A stretch of 64,000 nucleotides of DNA, taken from assembly GCA_977862235.1 (NCBI GenBank), contig OZ374561.1, positions 2,356,001 through 2,420,000 on the forward strand, given 5' to 3'. The notes under the pieces were generated by a model. The model was not told the origin of the DNA. It saw only the letters and a program-made list of their open reading frames with translations, and did not search any database. Position numbers and translations under genes: made by a program. Of this stretch, positions 48,297-59,852 are shown piece by piece. The DNA is from Dudresnaya verticillata (taxonomy: Eukaryota). The number at the start of each line of letters is the position of its first letter. Position 1 is the stretch's first letter.

Positions 48297-50014
48297 CTGC
48301 AAAAGCTAGAAAAGGAATACTCCGGAATGCATAGCCGGGCGAAGATCCGCCCCGCATTCACTACAAACTTTGAAATGGAGAACTTCCCGCAAATATATGG
48401 CTCACGCTTATGGAAGGGAACTGAGGAGTCTCCGATTGCAGACTTCGTTGCCCTGGAGCCCGCTGTTACCGATCGCTGCCAAGCTGCACTCAAGCTCTAT
48501 ATTGCAGTAGAGACTTGAGGCCCAGCAGATACTAACTCTTGGATACACTCGGGCGCAAATTTGGGGGTGGTTTCACTTTTGCTCTCGATATTGTGGATCC
48601 CGTCAGAGATGCCATGAAACAGGGTGCGGCCAATGCTTTCTTCTGCTCCTCGGTGCCCCGCACCAGGTGGGAGCAAGCAAGAAATTTGGCAATCAAGATC
48701 ATTGCCCGTCAGAGTTTATATGAAGTCGCCTGGGATAACCTTTCTGCTGATTTCAGCGTATCAGGAGAAAGAATTAGGGGTATGGAGGCCCCCACGCAAG
48801 TGGGTCTGCGGAGGACTGTGCTCCCTAGCAAGTCTCATTGCCCCCTTCCCGGCGGTGACATCGATTTATTTCCCGGCTCCACCTAAAAGGGAACGAAATC
48901 AAACCATTGTTGCCATTGGCACAGCACGAACTCGTGAACACATCGCTCCTATGTGTTTTGGGAGTATCTCAAGGCTGTACATATAGACTTTGTTTCCTTT
49001 ATCATTCTAAAAGACCTTTTTTTTGCCCCTTCGGACGCTTCCAAGAGTTGGTTTCTGTTTCAGTCTCTTTGGCTCTCCTGGCCGATTTGTTCTAGTCTCT
49101 CGCTGCAGTGACGGAATCCAAACAACAGCAAATAGTCTATATATGCAAAGAAGGGAAGCCGGAAACGGTAGCTTGCTTGCATGATCGTGCGTGCAAGCAG
49201 TGCCATTTGCGCTGGCAATGGAGACATACACCGAGAGGTTTTCGAGTTTTCTGTACTTTGCTCTGACGAGCAAGCATTGTCTCGAATTCGATTATTGCAT
49301 CACAAGCGTTGTGGGCAGGGGCAGTCGAACAGCAACTATGGTGGGCTGAGGTGTCAAACGGAAAGCCCCCACAAATAGTGCTCTTTCTCAGTTCATGAGT
49401 GCAGTGCTGCGAGCCAGGGATTTGACGATAAGCCTCGGCTCTCTATCCACCCCAGGACCGAATACATGTTAAGTTATCCAGAGAGATTGCTTTAAAGGGA
49501 GCCCGCAGTACTTCGCGGTATTTGTCAAGCCATTCGTTTTGGACTTCCCTGCAACTTGCAGCCATTTAGAAAAATGTGCATATTGCCAATGATGTCTCCA
49601 AGTTAACACTTGCGTTCGTGTGTATCAACCGGGGAGTGCCAATTTAGCAAATTGGGACTAATTCACGCTCTATAAGCCTCGGTTTGCTGAGAACCTGAGG
49701 ATAAATGATAAAGGAGCTCCGAGACAAGACGACAGACGATAATATTACTTGCCGTTGCTGCATTGCATGTGTAAACGAAATATATCTATATATACCACCC
49801 GGCTCCTTGTCTTGTTGCAGCCTGCAACTTGCAAGTGACTCTTCTTATGTAGAGTACGGTATCTAACTGCAAGTTTGTGGTCTCGCTTTGTGGTAATATC
49901 GTATAATGTGTAGATAATTCTGATACCGATGGTACTCTTGAGACGTAGTCCCAGTGCCAGATCAGGGTGGCTGTGCCACGTCGTTTACGAATTAGAGATG
50001 TTTGATGTAATATG

Positions 50015-51139
50015 CTACTGGTCCACGAAATTGAAACTAACAGCAGCGCGGCAATGGCCTTCAGCAAACACGTCAACAACTGAAAGCCGACATCCCCACT
50101 TTGCAATAACCTTGCGAGTACAGAGAGCCACTTGCAAATCCAGAGATGACTTCAGAGCCCATGCACCGTTTCTGAAAGCCATATCATTTGGATCAGCAAT
50201 CCGTCCAAAGAGAGCACCGACTTCTACCTGGTCAACTTCAGTGGCGCTCTCTTGCGCTGCACGTATGACGAACTTCGTATATCTGAGGTTCTTTCGAACG
50301 TCCTTCTTGTTTCCTAGAATTCCGTGCCCTGTTGAGAAATATGCAAAGTCCAGTTTCATCAAGCGCTTGTGCACAGCAATGTAGTTGGCCAGATCCATGG
50401 TGAGTGTGAACTGAATAAATGGTGCTTCTCTAGCAGTGACCACGTCGACAAAGTGAAGCACGCCCTTGAGGTTTGATGCAGGTGGGATATACGCAAGAAC
50501 ATCAGCATCGGTGTGGGCGGGCACGGCGGAAAGCTGGAGCTTCAGAGTAGGTGCAAGGGAAATAATATGGGATGAGGATGGAGTGGAAGGGATAATTTGA
50601 GTGGGCGGTGGGACAGGGGTGGTGGATTTCTTCGTCCGAAGATCATCCGCAGCTTCCTTCGTTCCCCATATGAATACTTTGGCGCTCGGAAAAGTGGTCT
50701 CCACAAAAGTCTTATATAGACTGGCACTACCAATATGATCCAAGTGTCGATGGCTGTACACCATATCGACTCTCTTCGGTTTCTTTCCGTTTAAAATTGC
50801 AAGAGTAGCTTCTGAAAGCAGGTAGGTGCCATTAGGGGTAAAGGAGTTGGGTGAGCGCGGGAAGTCAATGACCAGGAGGCGGGTGCGGGCGGGGTTGTGT
50901 AGCAGCAGGGTATGGTAGGCGTCATCAGAATAATGGAAGACGCCCGGACGCAGAGTTTTGAGAGTGTAACCTGTAGGGCCTGGTGGCGGGGCAAAGGTGC
51001 CTGGTAGCATTGGGAAGAGCGGACATGGTTTGTTTTCTTGGAGAAGGGCAAGGCAGGAGGCCTTTGTCTTGGAACAAGGCAGAGATGCCAGCGATAGGGA
51101 GGCTAAGGAGAGCACGATTGCTAGGACACGAAGGGGCAT
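50015..51139 (-). CDS. Secreted metallo-beta-lactamase-fold hydrolase (374 aa)
   Basis: Signal peptide MPLRVLAIVLSLASLSLA; SHRHLDHIG (HxHxDH); AHT, FVD and GHG metal-ligand motifs; intronless. Confidence 0.88.
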   Translation of the reverse strand: MPLRVLAIVLSLASLSLASLPCSKTKASCLALLQENKPCPLFPMLPGTFAPPPGPTGYTLKTLRPGVFHYSDDAYHTLLLHNPARTRLLVIDFPRSPNSFTPNGTYLLSEATLAILNGKKPKRVDMVYSHRHLDHIGSASLYKTFVETTFPSAKVFIWGTKEAADDLRTKKSTTPVPPPTQIIPSTPSSSHIISLAPTLKLQLSAVPAHTDADVLAYIPPASNLKGVLHFVDVVTAREAPFIQFTLTMDLANYIAVHKRLMKLDFAYFSTGHGILGNKKDVRKNLRYTKFVIRAAQESATEVDQVEVGALFGRIADPNDMAFRNGAWALKSSLDLQVALCTRKVIAKWGCRLSVVDVFAEGHCRAAVSFNFVDQ

Positions 51140-51650
51140 GCTGTCGAGGCTGGAAAGGAAGGTAGCTTTTCTTGGAAAGGAAGGAAACTTTTTTTGGAAC
51201 GGATAGGATTATTGACTTGGCTGGGATGTTTCTGGACCCCGTGCGGGCACTGCTTAAGTATTTGTTGCCGGTGTTACTCGGCCTGAGTATCCGCCATATC
51301 CCTGAGTACCTTGGGAATACAGCCTGGATGAGGGCGACCGTGAGGCCATGCGCCTTTTGCAAAAGGTTTTCTATGTTGTGTCGGACAGGCTTGCAGAGGA
51401 TGAAGAGTTCGGTATTAAGGATTGCTGGCGAAACATGAATACAGTGCACAGTGTGGCGAAGGCGATTGGAGGAAGGCGTTACTGAATGGCTCAAAACGCT
51501 TATGACCCTGTGCACGGCGCGCGTAGCCACAGGTTGGCGAGAGTTGCGACTGACGTGCCAGCCACTCTGTTTCCACCTCCTGTGAAATCCCGTTCTCGTT
51601 CGCATCCGTTCGTCGAACGACTCAGCTCACGCTCATCTCCTTCGCTCTGA

Positions 51651-53343
51651 ATGCTGCGCCTCGTCCGTACCTCCGCCGTCGCTGCGCCGCCCAAGTCTCT
51701 CTCTGAGTTGCCATGCCACAGCCGAGCTCGACATGAATGGCGTTCGTGTCGATGCGCTTGCTCGTTCGTCGCCCCACTCACCCACTTCCGGACGGCTGCA
51801 GCCCCCATGCTCCCCAGCTCCGTCTCCGTCTCCCACAAAGGCTCTCCGCATCGTGCCAGGCGCGCCGCTCTCTCGTGCGCCGCCTCTCAACCCAACCCCA
51901 AAGACCTCATTCGGAAGCGCAAACCGCGCACGCCTCAACCTTACGAAGGCCGCACTGACTCCCCGAGCGATGCGCTGCGTCTGGCCGCTTCAAGCGTAGT
52001 GCACAATCACGCCGAGGCCACCCGTCTCTTTGCACGCAGCGTCGAGCTCGACCCGTACAACGGCCGCGCCTGGCAGGACTGGGCCAACTTCGAGTCGCGC
52101 ACGAGACGCAGCTCGCGCGCTGCAGAGCAAGTCTTGACCAATGCCCTAAGGCATAACCCGCGCAATCCCTATCTCTGGCAGTCGCTTGCTGTATTATGCC
52201 AGCGTGCCCAGAGGTACCGTGAGGCCGTGCAACACTGCCAGAAGGGTCTGCTAGCGGATGACGGCCACCTTCCGTTGTATGCTACTTGGGCTATTGTGGA
52301 GGGCCGCCTGGGCAACTGCGTCGAGGCCCGCCGCATTTTCGAAAGGGCTGAGGCCGTTGGACACCCGGGGCCTAAATTGTACCATGCGTGGGGGAGAATG
52401 GAGCTCAAACAAAGGAATTCTGCCCGCGCCGTTGAGCTCTTTGAGAAGGGTCTTGCGCAGGACCCAGCAAACTCGTACATTTGGCATAGCATGGGTTCTG
52501 CCGCGCGTACAAATGGACTTCTTAGTAGAGCTCGGTTTTGCTTTCAGAAGGCGCTGAAAGTGAACGAAGCTAACGCGGTCGTACTGCTTGACTGGGCTCG
52601 CGTTGAGGCTGATGACGGCAATGATGATCTTGCAAGAGAGCTCTTTGCGAAAGGCGCTTCTTTTGCTCCAGCCGACAGTCATCTGCTACACAGCTGGTCT
52701 TTTTTTGAGTTTCAGGTACGGGAAGAATATTTCGGGCTATCTTGCGGGCTATCGGCGTGGATTGAGAAGATTTATAGGTGTTCGGCTTTCTGACTGTATC
52801 TGTTCTTTTATCAACTCGGAATGCTGCTGCTAACGTGACATTCACGATATTTTATGATGCTCTTGTTTCTCTCAGAGGGAACAGTACAGAGATGCAGGAA
52901 GCTTGATTCGCAAGGCCTTGAAAACGTCACCAAGCGATTCGGTTCTCTGGTGCCATCAGGCCAAGATCCAAGCCGCCCTTTGTGATTTCGATAAAGCCCG
53001 TGCTTCGTACAAGCACGCGTGCAAGGTGAACCCCATGGACTGGTAAGCAAAGCGTTTGCCCCTATTCAACGTTTCATCCATATCGCAAAGCGATTCGTGC
53101 GCAACTAGCACTACGCAAACGTACAGCCGCTGGCCTTCTAACTGCTCTATCCTAACTGAACTCTCCCTGACGAATCCTACTGCCCAAAACAGGCTTGCGT
53201 GGGATAACTGGAGCGCAATGGAGCATCGGATAGGTAATACCGAGGAAGCCGAAAGGTTGCTCCAAGAAGCCTTTAAGGTCCGATTTAACGCACAGGGGGC
53301 CTTCAATATCCTTGCCAACACGATTACGGACAAGCAACGATAA
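51651..53343 (+). CDS. HAT/TPR-repeat protein (Mbb1/HCF107-like), possibly plastid-targeted; exons ~51651-52715, 52876-53042, 53193-53343
   Basis: Repeated W..WA..E...G....AR..F units. Introns 52716-52875 (GTACGG...GCTAAC...CAG) and 53043-53192 (GTAAGC...CCTAAC...CAG) keep the frame. Start codon uncertain. Confidence 0.8.
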
Positions 53344-54005
53344 GAACGCTGGTCTCGGAGATAGGAATGTAGGCGATGCAGATGCGAAAGTAGGGTAAAC
53401 CTTCGTTGGGACGTATTTATTGATATAGTAAAAAGGACTAGCTGAGTTCATACGCGTTTCAGTGGGCTTTGCCCGGCTACTCACATCTCGGCCCGAAATC
53501 TGCAAGACCAAGCGTTTCCTCCACAGCGCAAGAATTCAATGGTTTGCTCTCGTTGAAAGACCGATTCCTTTCAAAGCATTCCCGGAAGACAAGATCCGCG
53601 CCGCCTTTTTATATCTGCAAGCGTCACCTTGGGCCTAACACATGCTTTTAACAACTGAACCTTTGCAGAACCGCTTACCGTGTGGAGTTCGTTCAAGGTT
53701 CGACCATTAGCTTCAGTCGAAGGGAACCGAAGGGCATCCCCGAGGAAATCCAGCTTTCGCCATTGAGTCCAAAATTCTTCATATTTTCGGTTTATTTTGA
53801 TGGGTTTGCGCCTGAGGAAGACCGACGGCGTAACCACCGATGAGGATAAACGGCAAGTCACTTTCAATCCATGAGGGAAGACGTTTTCAACTACCTCTTG
53901 CAGGTAGTTTCTCTCGTGGACCTTTGCTGAACTCAGTACCTAGGGAGCTGAAGTCTGCGGTGGTAGTGCTGCATAGGCTGCTTGACTGTGGACAGCTCTA
54001 CCGCA

Positions 54006-54872
54006 ATGGTGTCGACTCGCAGAACCCCGGCCCCGCCGTCGCCAAGCTCTGCCGTTCATTTGGGGCAAGTCCGCCAGGTCCCGGAAGATGCTTTACGGAC
54101 AGGCCCGGAAGTTGTAGAGATGAGGTCAGAATCTGCTTCACCCTTGGCAGCAACCGCCGGTGCTTGTGCTGACAAAGTGCTGAAAGAAAAGCCATCTGGA
54201 GAAACTGTCGACAAGAGCTCTCCAGCCATTCGAAATGTCATGGGTGAGCCGGCCGATTCGGCTATCGAAAGCTCCACAGGTGATAACGAAGTTTCAGATG
54301 CTCCTGATGAGGAGCCGTCGTCTGCTGTTGCGGCGTTGGCCCAGGAGCAACTGCGGAAGGAATGGCAAGCTCGTGCAGATGTGAAGAACGCTCGTCGTGC
54401 ACGGCGAAGGAGCCGGGGGCAAGCCTGTGAGCTTGCAGCTTTGGAGAGGAAACGCATGGAGTTGCAGGGGACCGAGACTGGAGCTGGCAGCGAAGGCATA
54501 GCTAACGACAAAGGGGAAGGTGAGGAAGCGGGCGATCAAGAAACTCCGGCGTTTCTTCCAGAGGAGGTATTACGTACTGTAGAAGATGCTGTTGGGGAAA
54601 GGAAAAAGAGCGAGAAGCTAAAGAAGCTCTCAGAAGGATTGCGAAAGCAGAAGGGCACAATTTTGAAGGGACGAAGCATGAAGGAACTCCACGGTGGGAT
54701 ACAGATTGCTATTGCGGGGAGAAAGGTTGGACACGGCTCGGCCAAGTCTAGGCCTGGCCGTGAATCTGCCTCGGCATTTCTGAAGGGTAGTATCAAAGCA
54801 GCAGGAAAACCGCGGGTGTCTGCTGCTAAGGCTATTCGCATTGCCTCGAAGAGGAAAGTTATAACGAAATAA
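54006..54872 (+). CDS. Hypothetical charged protein, probably nuclear/nucleolar
   Basis: ATG at 54006 (MVSTRRTP...); open for ~288 codons; E/K/R-rich, coiled-coil-like; no family recognised. Confidence 0.6.
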   Translation: MVSTRRTPAPPSPSSAVHLGQVRQVPEDALRTGPEVVEMRSESASPLAATAGACADKVLKEKPSGETVDKSSPAIRNVMGEPADSAIESSTGDNEVSDAPDEEPSSAVAALAQEQLRKEWQARADVKNARRARRRSRGQACELAALERKRMELQGTETGAGSEGIANDKGEGEEAGDQETPAFLPEEVLRTVEDAVGERKKSEKLKKLSEGLRKQKGTILKGRSMKELHGGIQIAIAGRKVGHGSAKSRPGRESASAFLKGSIKAAGKPRVSAAKAIRIASKRKVITK

Positions 54873-54956
54873 TGTTGTGTATGTAGTTAGTTGACTCCTA
54901 TATTTAGGATACCTCTGGTCAGTTCTAGTGTCTGGTTCATGGCTTACGCGGGTGAA

Positions 54957-57900
54957 TCAGCTCTCTCCCCAGTCAACTGGAATCACAGTAGTTGGGTGAC
55001 AGAGCACGAAGACTGCGTCACTAGCCACAACGAGGGAATACGGTTCAGGACAGCAATACACATACGGTAAGACGTTCTCCCCGTTGGAGGCCTCTTGGTA
55101 AAATATCCGGCGCTTCGTTGACGGGCAAGTATAATACATCTTGTCGAACTCATCGGCTTCTTCGTCTTGTGTGCGTAGCATGTTCGCAATATCAGGGATG
55201 GATACGCGATTTGAGCTCAGATTAGGCGCAGGCACGGTCCCAGAATTTTGAGTCCGATGCCCGCTTGCCCGGCCGACTCTTCTGTCAGAGTATACGTTGC
55301 TGTCGATGATTCGTGTAGCCATGCTTCGAGATTCTGCCTCCGATCGAAGTACTGCTATTTCTTCCTCTTCTAGGTATACTACCTCCGAAACCCTTCTTTC
55401 CCATTGCTCGCTCCGCGTCTCTACCCTCACTGGAGCTTCTCCAGAGCGATAGAGACCTAACGCGATACACCCCATCTTCAATAACTTGACGGTGGTAGAA
55501 CGATATGTCCGCCCGCTAATTGCTTTCTCAGCTCTTGTCCAGGATTCCGGAATATCAATCTGTCTTATCCAGCTACCTGCTGAACCCGAAGCCGCTCCGA
55601 TCAGTTGACGGACAAGTCGTACATAGCCTGGTGCAGTGTACTCCCTCGCTAGTAATGCTGTGAACAGCGATGATATCATCATTTCACCAGAAGCGTAGCG
55701 CTGCCTCTCATAGTATTCTTCTCGTAGGTGTTCCTGGTCATGGTGCTCATCCCTGAGCGTACGAATATCCCGCCGATCCTCGTCCTCGCTTGAATCATCT
55801 TCATCCAAACGCATACTGTTGGATCTAGTCATCCCTTTGAGGCGGAGTCTGTTCTTCTTGTTTTGCCGCTTGGCAAGCGCCTGTGGTCCAGTTGCGCTAC
55901 CAGGGAACATGCTGGCAAACGTCCCATATCGAGCTGAGGCACCTAAGCCGCCACCCAACCCTGCCATGAATGCTGACGGCGGAAGATTTCGAATCAAGCT
56001 TGTTGATGATGTCGTGCGTTGCGGTAGGCTTGCCATTGGAGAACGCTCGAGGTTAAATAGGTCTGGTTCTCGCTGTTCTCCTAAGTTCACGCCCACTCGT
56101 CGAGCCTGCCGTGGCGCCCGCAAAAGCTGCAAAGACTCTTCAGCATCGAGTACACAGCAAACGAAAGTGTCTTGGTATGCAAGAAGCGAGTCTAGAGTCA
56201 TCACAGTGAAAATCGCTTTTGAATCTGTTGAACCTTTTCCCGTATTGGAATGACTCTCTGACGCCATGATCAGAATTGCTCGAGCGCTTTGGTACTGTGC
56301 CTGCTTCAGGGTCTCTAAGGAGAGCGAGTTACCCTGAAGTAGGAACAACCCTTCCTGCAGTCCTCCAATTTGGCGAGGAAAGTTCTTGGGAAACCGAGGA
56401 TGGATTACGACAACTGGAGCCTTCTTCTTTTGTCCCGCTCTTCGAAGCCACATGCGACGGAGCAACACTTCTAGGTTGATTAGGGGGCTTTCTCCGTCGA
56501 GGCAGATAATTACATGGCCCCTTAAAGCCGCCGGAAGTTTTTCCACGTTTGTGTAGATTAACTTCTTCTGCTTCGTGCGACGAGATGAATCTCTACTCGA
56601 CGCTCGCTGCCTTCCAACCTTCGGGCCCGGGCCACCAGAAGAGCCAGCCCCGTCTCCGACATCGTCACTTCCAGCGAATATAGACGTTGTACGCTTCATA
56701 ACACGCGCTGTTGATGTTGAAAGGGATCGGGTAATAGCGGGTTTACCAACTGACTTCGGGCGCTGGGAAGCCTGCGCACCGTCTGTTTGGTTCGCATCCA
56801 TGGCAATATCAACAGAATCTGCAAATATGTCTTCGTTACCCATCACAGGCACGAGCGTTGTTTCGTGTCTTTCCAAGCCGCCTTCAGAACGTTCGGGCGA
56901 GTCGGGGTCTAGTTGAGAAGTCTCCGTCTGTTTGCCACTGCTCTCGGTCTCCAATATGTGGCTAGTACCTGCCGGAATTCCAGCTTGTGACAGTCCATCC
57001 TGACCTCTTGCACGTATGCTGTGTCCTTCTTTTATGAACTTTGTCGCGTGTTCAACGATCCTCGTAATGACGCTGTGATCGTGGTACGATAACGCCATAC
57101 TTAACATGTTTGCTTCTAGTGTTGTTTCCACGCTGAGCAGAGTCCAATCCTTGTCTGTGCTCCTTCTCACAGCAAGAAGCACAAGGCCATAATCTTGAAG
57201 CACTGTCGCTATTCTTCCAAACCGAATTGCGTCAAACTCTTGGGGGATCTTGATCTGTTGAATACTGCATTCTGCCCCCAGCTTGTACTCTACTAGCCAC
57301 GGGCGATCATTTCGGTTCGGCTGCGGGGCAACGCGAAGAGTTGCATTGGCGATGAGAGTGCTCAAACCGTTGCAAAACACGTTTTCTGCCAACAGTACCG
57401 TTTCTAACTCTTGCATACAAAGACTTTCGCTTTTTCGGCCCTTGTTATGCGCTTGGGGATAGACCGCCTGGAAGCCAGCATTGGTACCTTGCACACTGTT
57501 CCCGTCTAAGGAGTTGGCTGCTCCCCCATATTCGTCTTCTCGGTTGTAAAGATTGTGCGGCCCGTCATCGAGAACGTTTGACTCTCCAGGTCCCATACTG
57601 TGACCAGCACCTAATACAGGAGATCTGGCACCCCCAAAAGGACCGTGGGTATGCTGCCCATCATCTTCTGTTTCTAGACGTGAATACTGATTTCCTGGAA
57701 CGACTGTCGGCGTCTGTGGAATACCAAGAAAAGTTCTCGAGTAAGGCAACATAGAGCCAATCCCATTCATGTACTCTGCACCGGGAAGGGGCTTGAGATG
57801 TTCCATGGCAATGCCAAACTGGAAAGAAGACTCATGCAACGTGTTCAAAGTGTATACCGGGACAGTCCCTGAATAGTTTCTGATGGTCAAAACCGCCTTC

Positions 57901-59198
57901 AGAGTATCCGAGTCTTCTTTGTAGGGGTCCCGGCGGTGTGGATCTGCCAGTATGAAAACTCCATTCGCTGCACTAACGTGCGCCCGGCTTAGGTCATCCA
58001 TTTTTAAGGCAGAGCCGTCCAGGTAGATTAGATGATGATCAAAAAAGGGATTGTGCCCTACAAACTTCAGCCAGTCGTCATCAGTCCAATTCGGGCTAGA
58101 AGTCAAAATGATCACTTTAGTGTCCAGGTTTGATGATTCTGCAAGGAACTCCTTCACAAATTGCTGTAGAAACTCCCACTTCACTCTTCCCGTGACTACA
58201 ACATGCTCTGTTCCTGCCGAGTTTACATAGGACCCGCCACCTCTTCTCATGCTCTTCAGAGCATCAATAAGTAAAGAAATCTCGCGGGACACCAGGTAGG
58301 CTGCAAAAATGATGTGGAACACAATCCACATGCGCCCAAGAAGTGTATACGGAACGAAATCACCATATCCAACAGTCATCAGAGTCACGACCGCAAAGTA
58401 CACTGCATTAGCCCAAGTTATTTGAAAGGTTTCAGAACGCAACGCCTGTCCGGGATCTCCCAGAAGTTCAAAGAACTGTACGCCGCAAGAAGTCACGAAC
58501 AAGAAGGTAAGCAGCTGAAGGAAGAGGTTGATGAGGAGCCTTGTGAGCGTGGAGTAGTTGCGCATGACAATGTCATGCTTCTCAAGTATTGCCCACTCAA
58601 TCAGTATGCAATACGCCTGCAGAAAGTTGAAGTTGAGCCATCTAGCACCAGATGACATAAGCAAGCTGGGAATAGAAAGACACTCGATGATAGTCTTCAG
58701 GCTGAATGCAAAAAGGATTGGTTGCTCGGCGTAGACACATACCAGGAGCAGATTGACGGCAATGGCGGTCCCATAAACGCACTGGAACGCGTAGTAGTGG
58801 GCCGGTATTCCTTGCATGTAAGTATCAATAATGTACAGCATGCATACGACGACGCCGGCGATGAAGCGAGGCAGTCCGAAGTACTGTGCGGTGGCAGTTT
58901 CGGGAAACTTGTTGCGAACTAGGAACAGGCGAAAGACTCGAAATGCCTTTGCAAAACGCACAAGCGGTCCACGAGCGCGGCGGTCTCTTCTCGATTTCTT
59001 AACAACGGAGCGGAAGGAGTCGGATTGGAAGTAACGAGATACAGCTGAGCGAAGCACACCAACGATCAGGATGGAGCACCATAAGAGCGCGGACGCATTG
59101 AGTAGCGGCATGAGGTCGGACCATGACGGTGGGACGAAGCCGCTGGAAGCAGCCTTCTCGGCCAGCGACTGGGCTTGGTGGGACGGGTCTCTTTGCAT
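54957..59198 (-). CDS. BK/Slo-like potassium channel alpha subunit with RCK domains (~1413 aa)
   Basis: YFAVVTLMTVGYGD pore; multiple TM helices; HVVVTG and GHVIIC RCK starts; RYASG...SLFTALLAREY resembles Slo PFACG...LDSLMSATY. Confidence 0.92.
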   Translation of the reverse strand: MQRDPSHQAQSLAEKAASSGFVPPSWSDLMPLLNASALLWCSILIVGVLRSAVSRYFQSDSFRSVVKKSRRDRRARGPLVRFAKAFRVFRLFLVRNKFPETATAQYFGLPRFIAGVVVCMLYIIDTYMQGIPAHYYAFQCVYGTAIAVNLLLVCVYAEQPILFAFSLKTIIECLSIPSLLMSSGARWLNFNFLQAYCILIEWAILEKHDIVMRNYSTLTRLLINLFLQLLTFLFVTSCGVQFFELLGDPGQALRSETFQITWANAVYFAVVTLMTVGYGDFVPYTLLGRMWIVFHIIFAAYLVSREISLLIDALKSMRRGGGSYVNSAGTEHVVVTGRVKWEFLQQFVKEFLAESSNLDTKVIILTSSPNWTDDDWLKFVGHNPFFDHHLIYLDGSALKMDDLSRAHVSAANGVFILADPHRRDPYKEDSDTLKAVLTIRNYSGTVPVYTLNTLHESSFQFGIAMEHLKPLPGAEYMNGIGSMLPYSRTFLGIPQTPTVVPGNQYSRLETEDDGQHTHGPFGGARSPVLGAGHSMGPGESNVLDDGPHNLYNREDEYGGAANSLDGNSVQGTNAGFQAVYPQAHNKGRKSESLCMQELETVLLAENVFCNGLSTLIANATLRVAPQPNRNDRPWLVEYKLGAECSIQQIKIPQEFDAIRFGRIATVLQDYGLVLLAVRRSTDKDWTLLSVETTLEANMLSMALSYHDHSVITRIVEHATKFIKEGHSIRARGQDGLSQAGIPAGTSHILETESSGKQTETSQLDPDSPERSEGGLERHETTLVPVMGNEDIFADSVDIAMDANQTDGAQASQRPKSVGKPAITRSLSTSTARVMKRTTSIFAGSDDVGDGAGSSGGPGPKVGRQRASSRDSSRRTKQKKLIYTNVEKLPAALRGHVIICLDGESPLINLEVLLRRMWLRRAGQKKKAPVVVIHPRFPKNFPRQIGGLQEGLFLLQGNSLSLETLKQAQYQSARAILIMASESHSNTGKGSTDSKAIFTVMTLDSLLAYQDTFVCCVLDAEESLQLLRAPRQARRVGVNLGEQREPDLFNLERSPMASLPQRTTSSTSLIRNLPPSAFMAGLGGGLGASARYGTFASMFPGSATGPQALAKRQNKKNRLRLKGMTRSNSMRLDEDDSSEDEDRRDIRTLRDEHHDQEHLREEYYERQRYASGEMMISSLFTALLAREYTAPGYVRLVRQLIGAASGSAGSWIRQIDIPESWTRAEKAISGRTYRSTTVKLLKMGCIALGLYRSGEAPVRVETRSEQWERRVSEVVYLEEEEIAVLRSEAESRSMATRIIDSNVYSDRRVGRASGHRTQNSGTVPAPNLSSNRVSIPDIANMLRTQDEEADEFDKMYYTCPSTKRRIFYQEASNGENVLPYVYCCPEPYSLVVASDAVFVLCHPTTVIPVDWGES

Positions 59199-59852
59199 CT
59201 CATTCCGTGCAGCAAGAGTCAGGCTGGGAAACAAACATCCAAGCGCGTTTGAACAGGTGATGATGGCGCCGCCAGAAAGTGGGAGGAAAGAAGCCTCACT
59301 CTGGTCCTCGGCGCGTTCCCGGAAGATGCTTTACAAGAAGCAAGAGGTGCTCGGCGTTTGGAGGCGCAAGAGGCGATGAGGAGAAGTGGAGTTATGCAGC
59401 GACTGTGGGGGAGTTGGTGGCACCGACTCTGTGAGGGGCGCAAGGTGCATATGAGAGCATAGCCAACTGAACGACACAGTGCAACGGCCGCTTCGGAAAA
59501 GAATGCGAAGCTGTCGATGGCTGGGACAAACAACGTTCACATGGCTGGACTGCAGGTGGGTGGCACAGTCACGCGCGCCGCCATAGGCCGAGTGCAAGGG
59601 CCAAAACAAGTCGATTTCGAAAGCGGATGTTGCACCCGAAATTTATTCAATTTTCTAGCCATCCGTCTCGGGTCTGTACACGACTTGTGCTCTCCTGCAC
59701 CCTACTTGGGCGCCAGTTTACAAAACGACCGGCGCAAACAACGGCTTCCGCACGTCCACCGCCGTCCGCTACAGATGCTGAAGCCGCAGCATCTTTTCAT
59801 CTGCCATCTACATCCTTAAGTACTAGTCTGGTATCTACACGAATCCGTGCTC

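Larger units (their letters stand above)
16332..48580. repeat. Tandem segmental duplication: 16332-32455 and 32456-48580 (~16.1 kb each)
   Basis: ORFs recur at offset 16124/16125; junction ...CACTTTT|GTGACATTTC at 32455/32456; three differences noticed. Confidence 0.97.

Noticed and set aside
48581..50000. Short ORFs and small repeats (ATAAGCCTCGG x2, CCTGCAACTTGCA x2)
   Set aside because: No domain, TIR or TSD support; treated as intergenic.
51737..51958. MAFVS... ORF as the true transit-peptide start of the TPR gene
   Set aside because: Out of frame with the TPR ORF and no supported intron links them; transcript data are needed.
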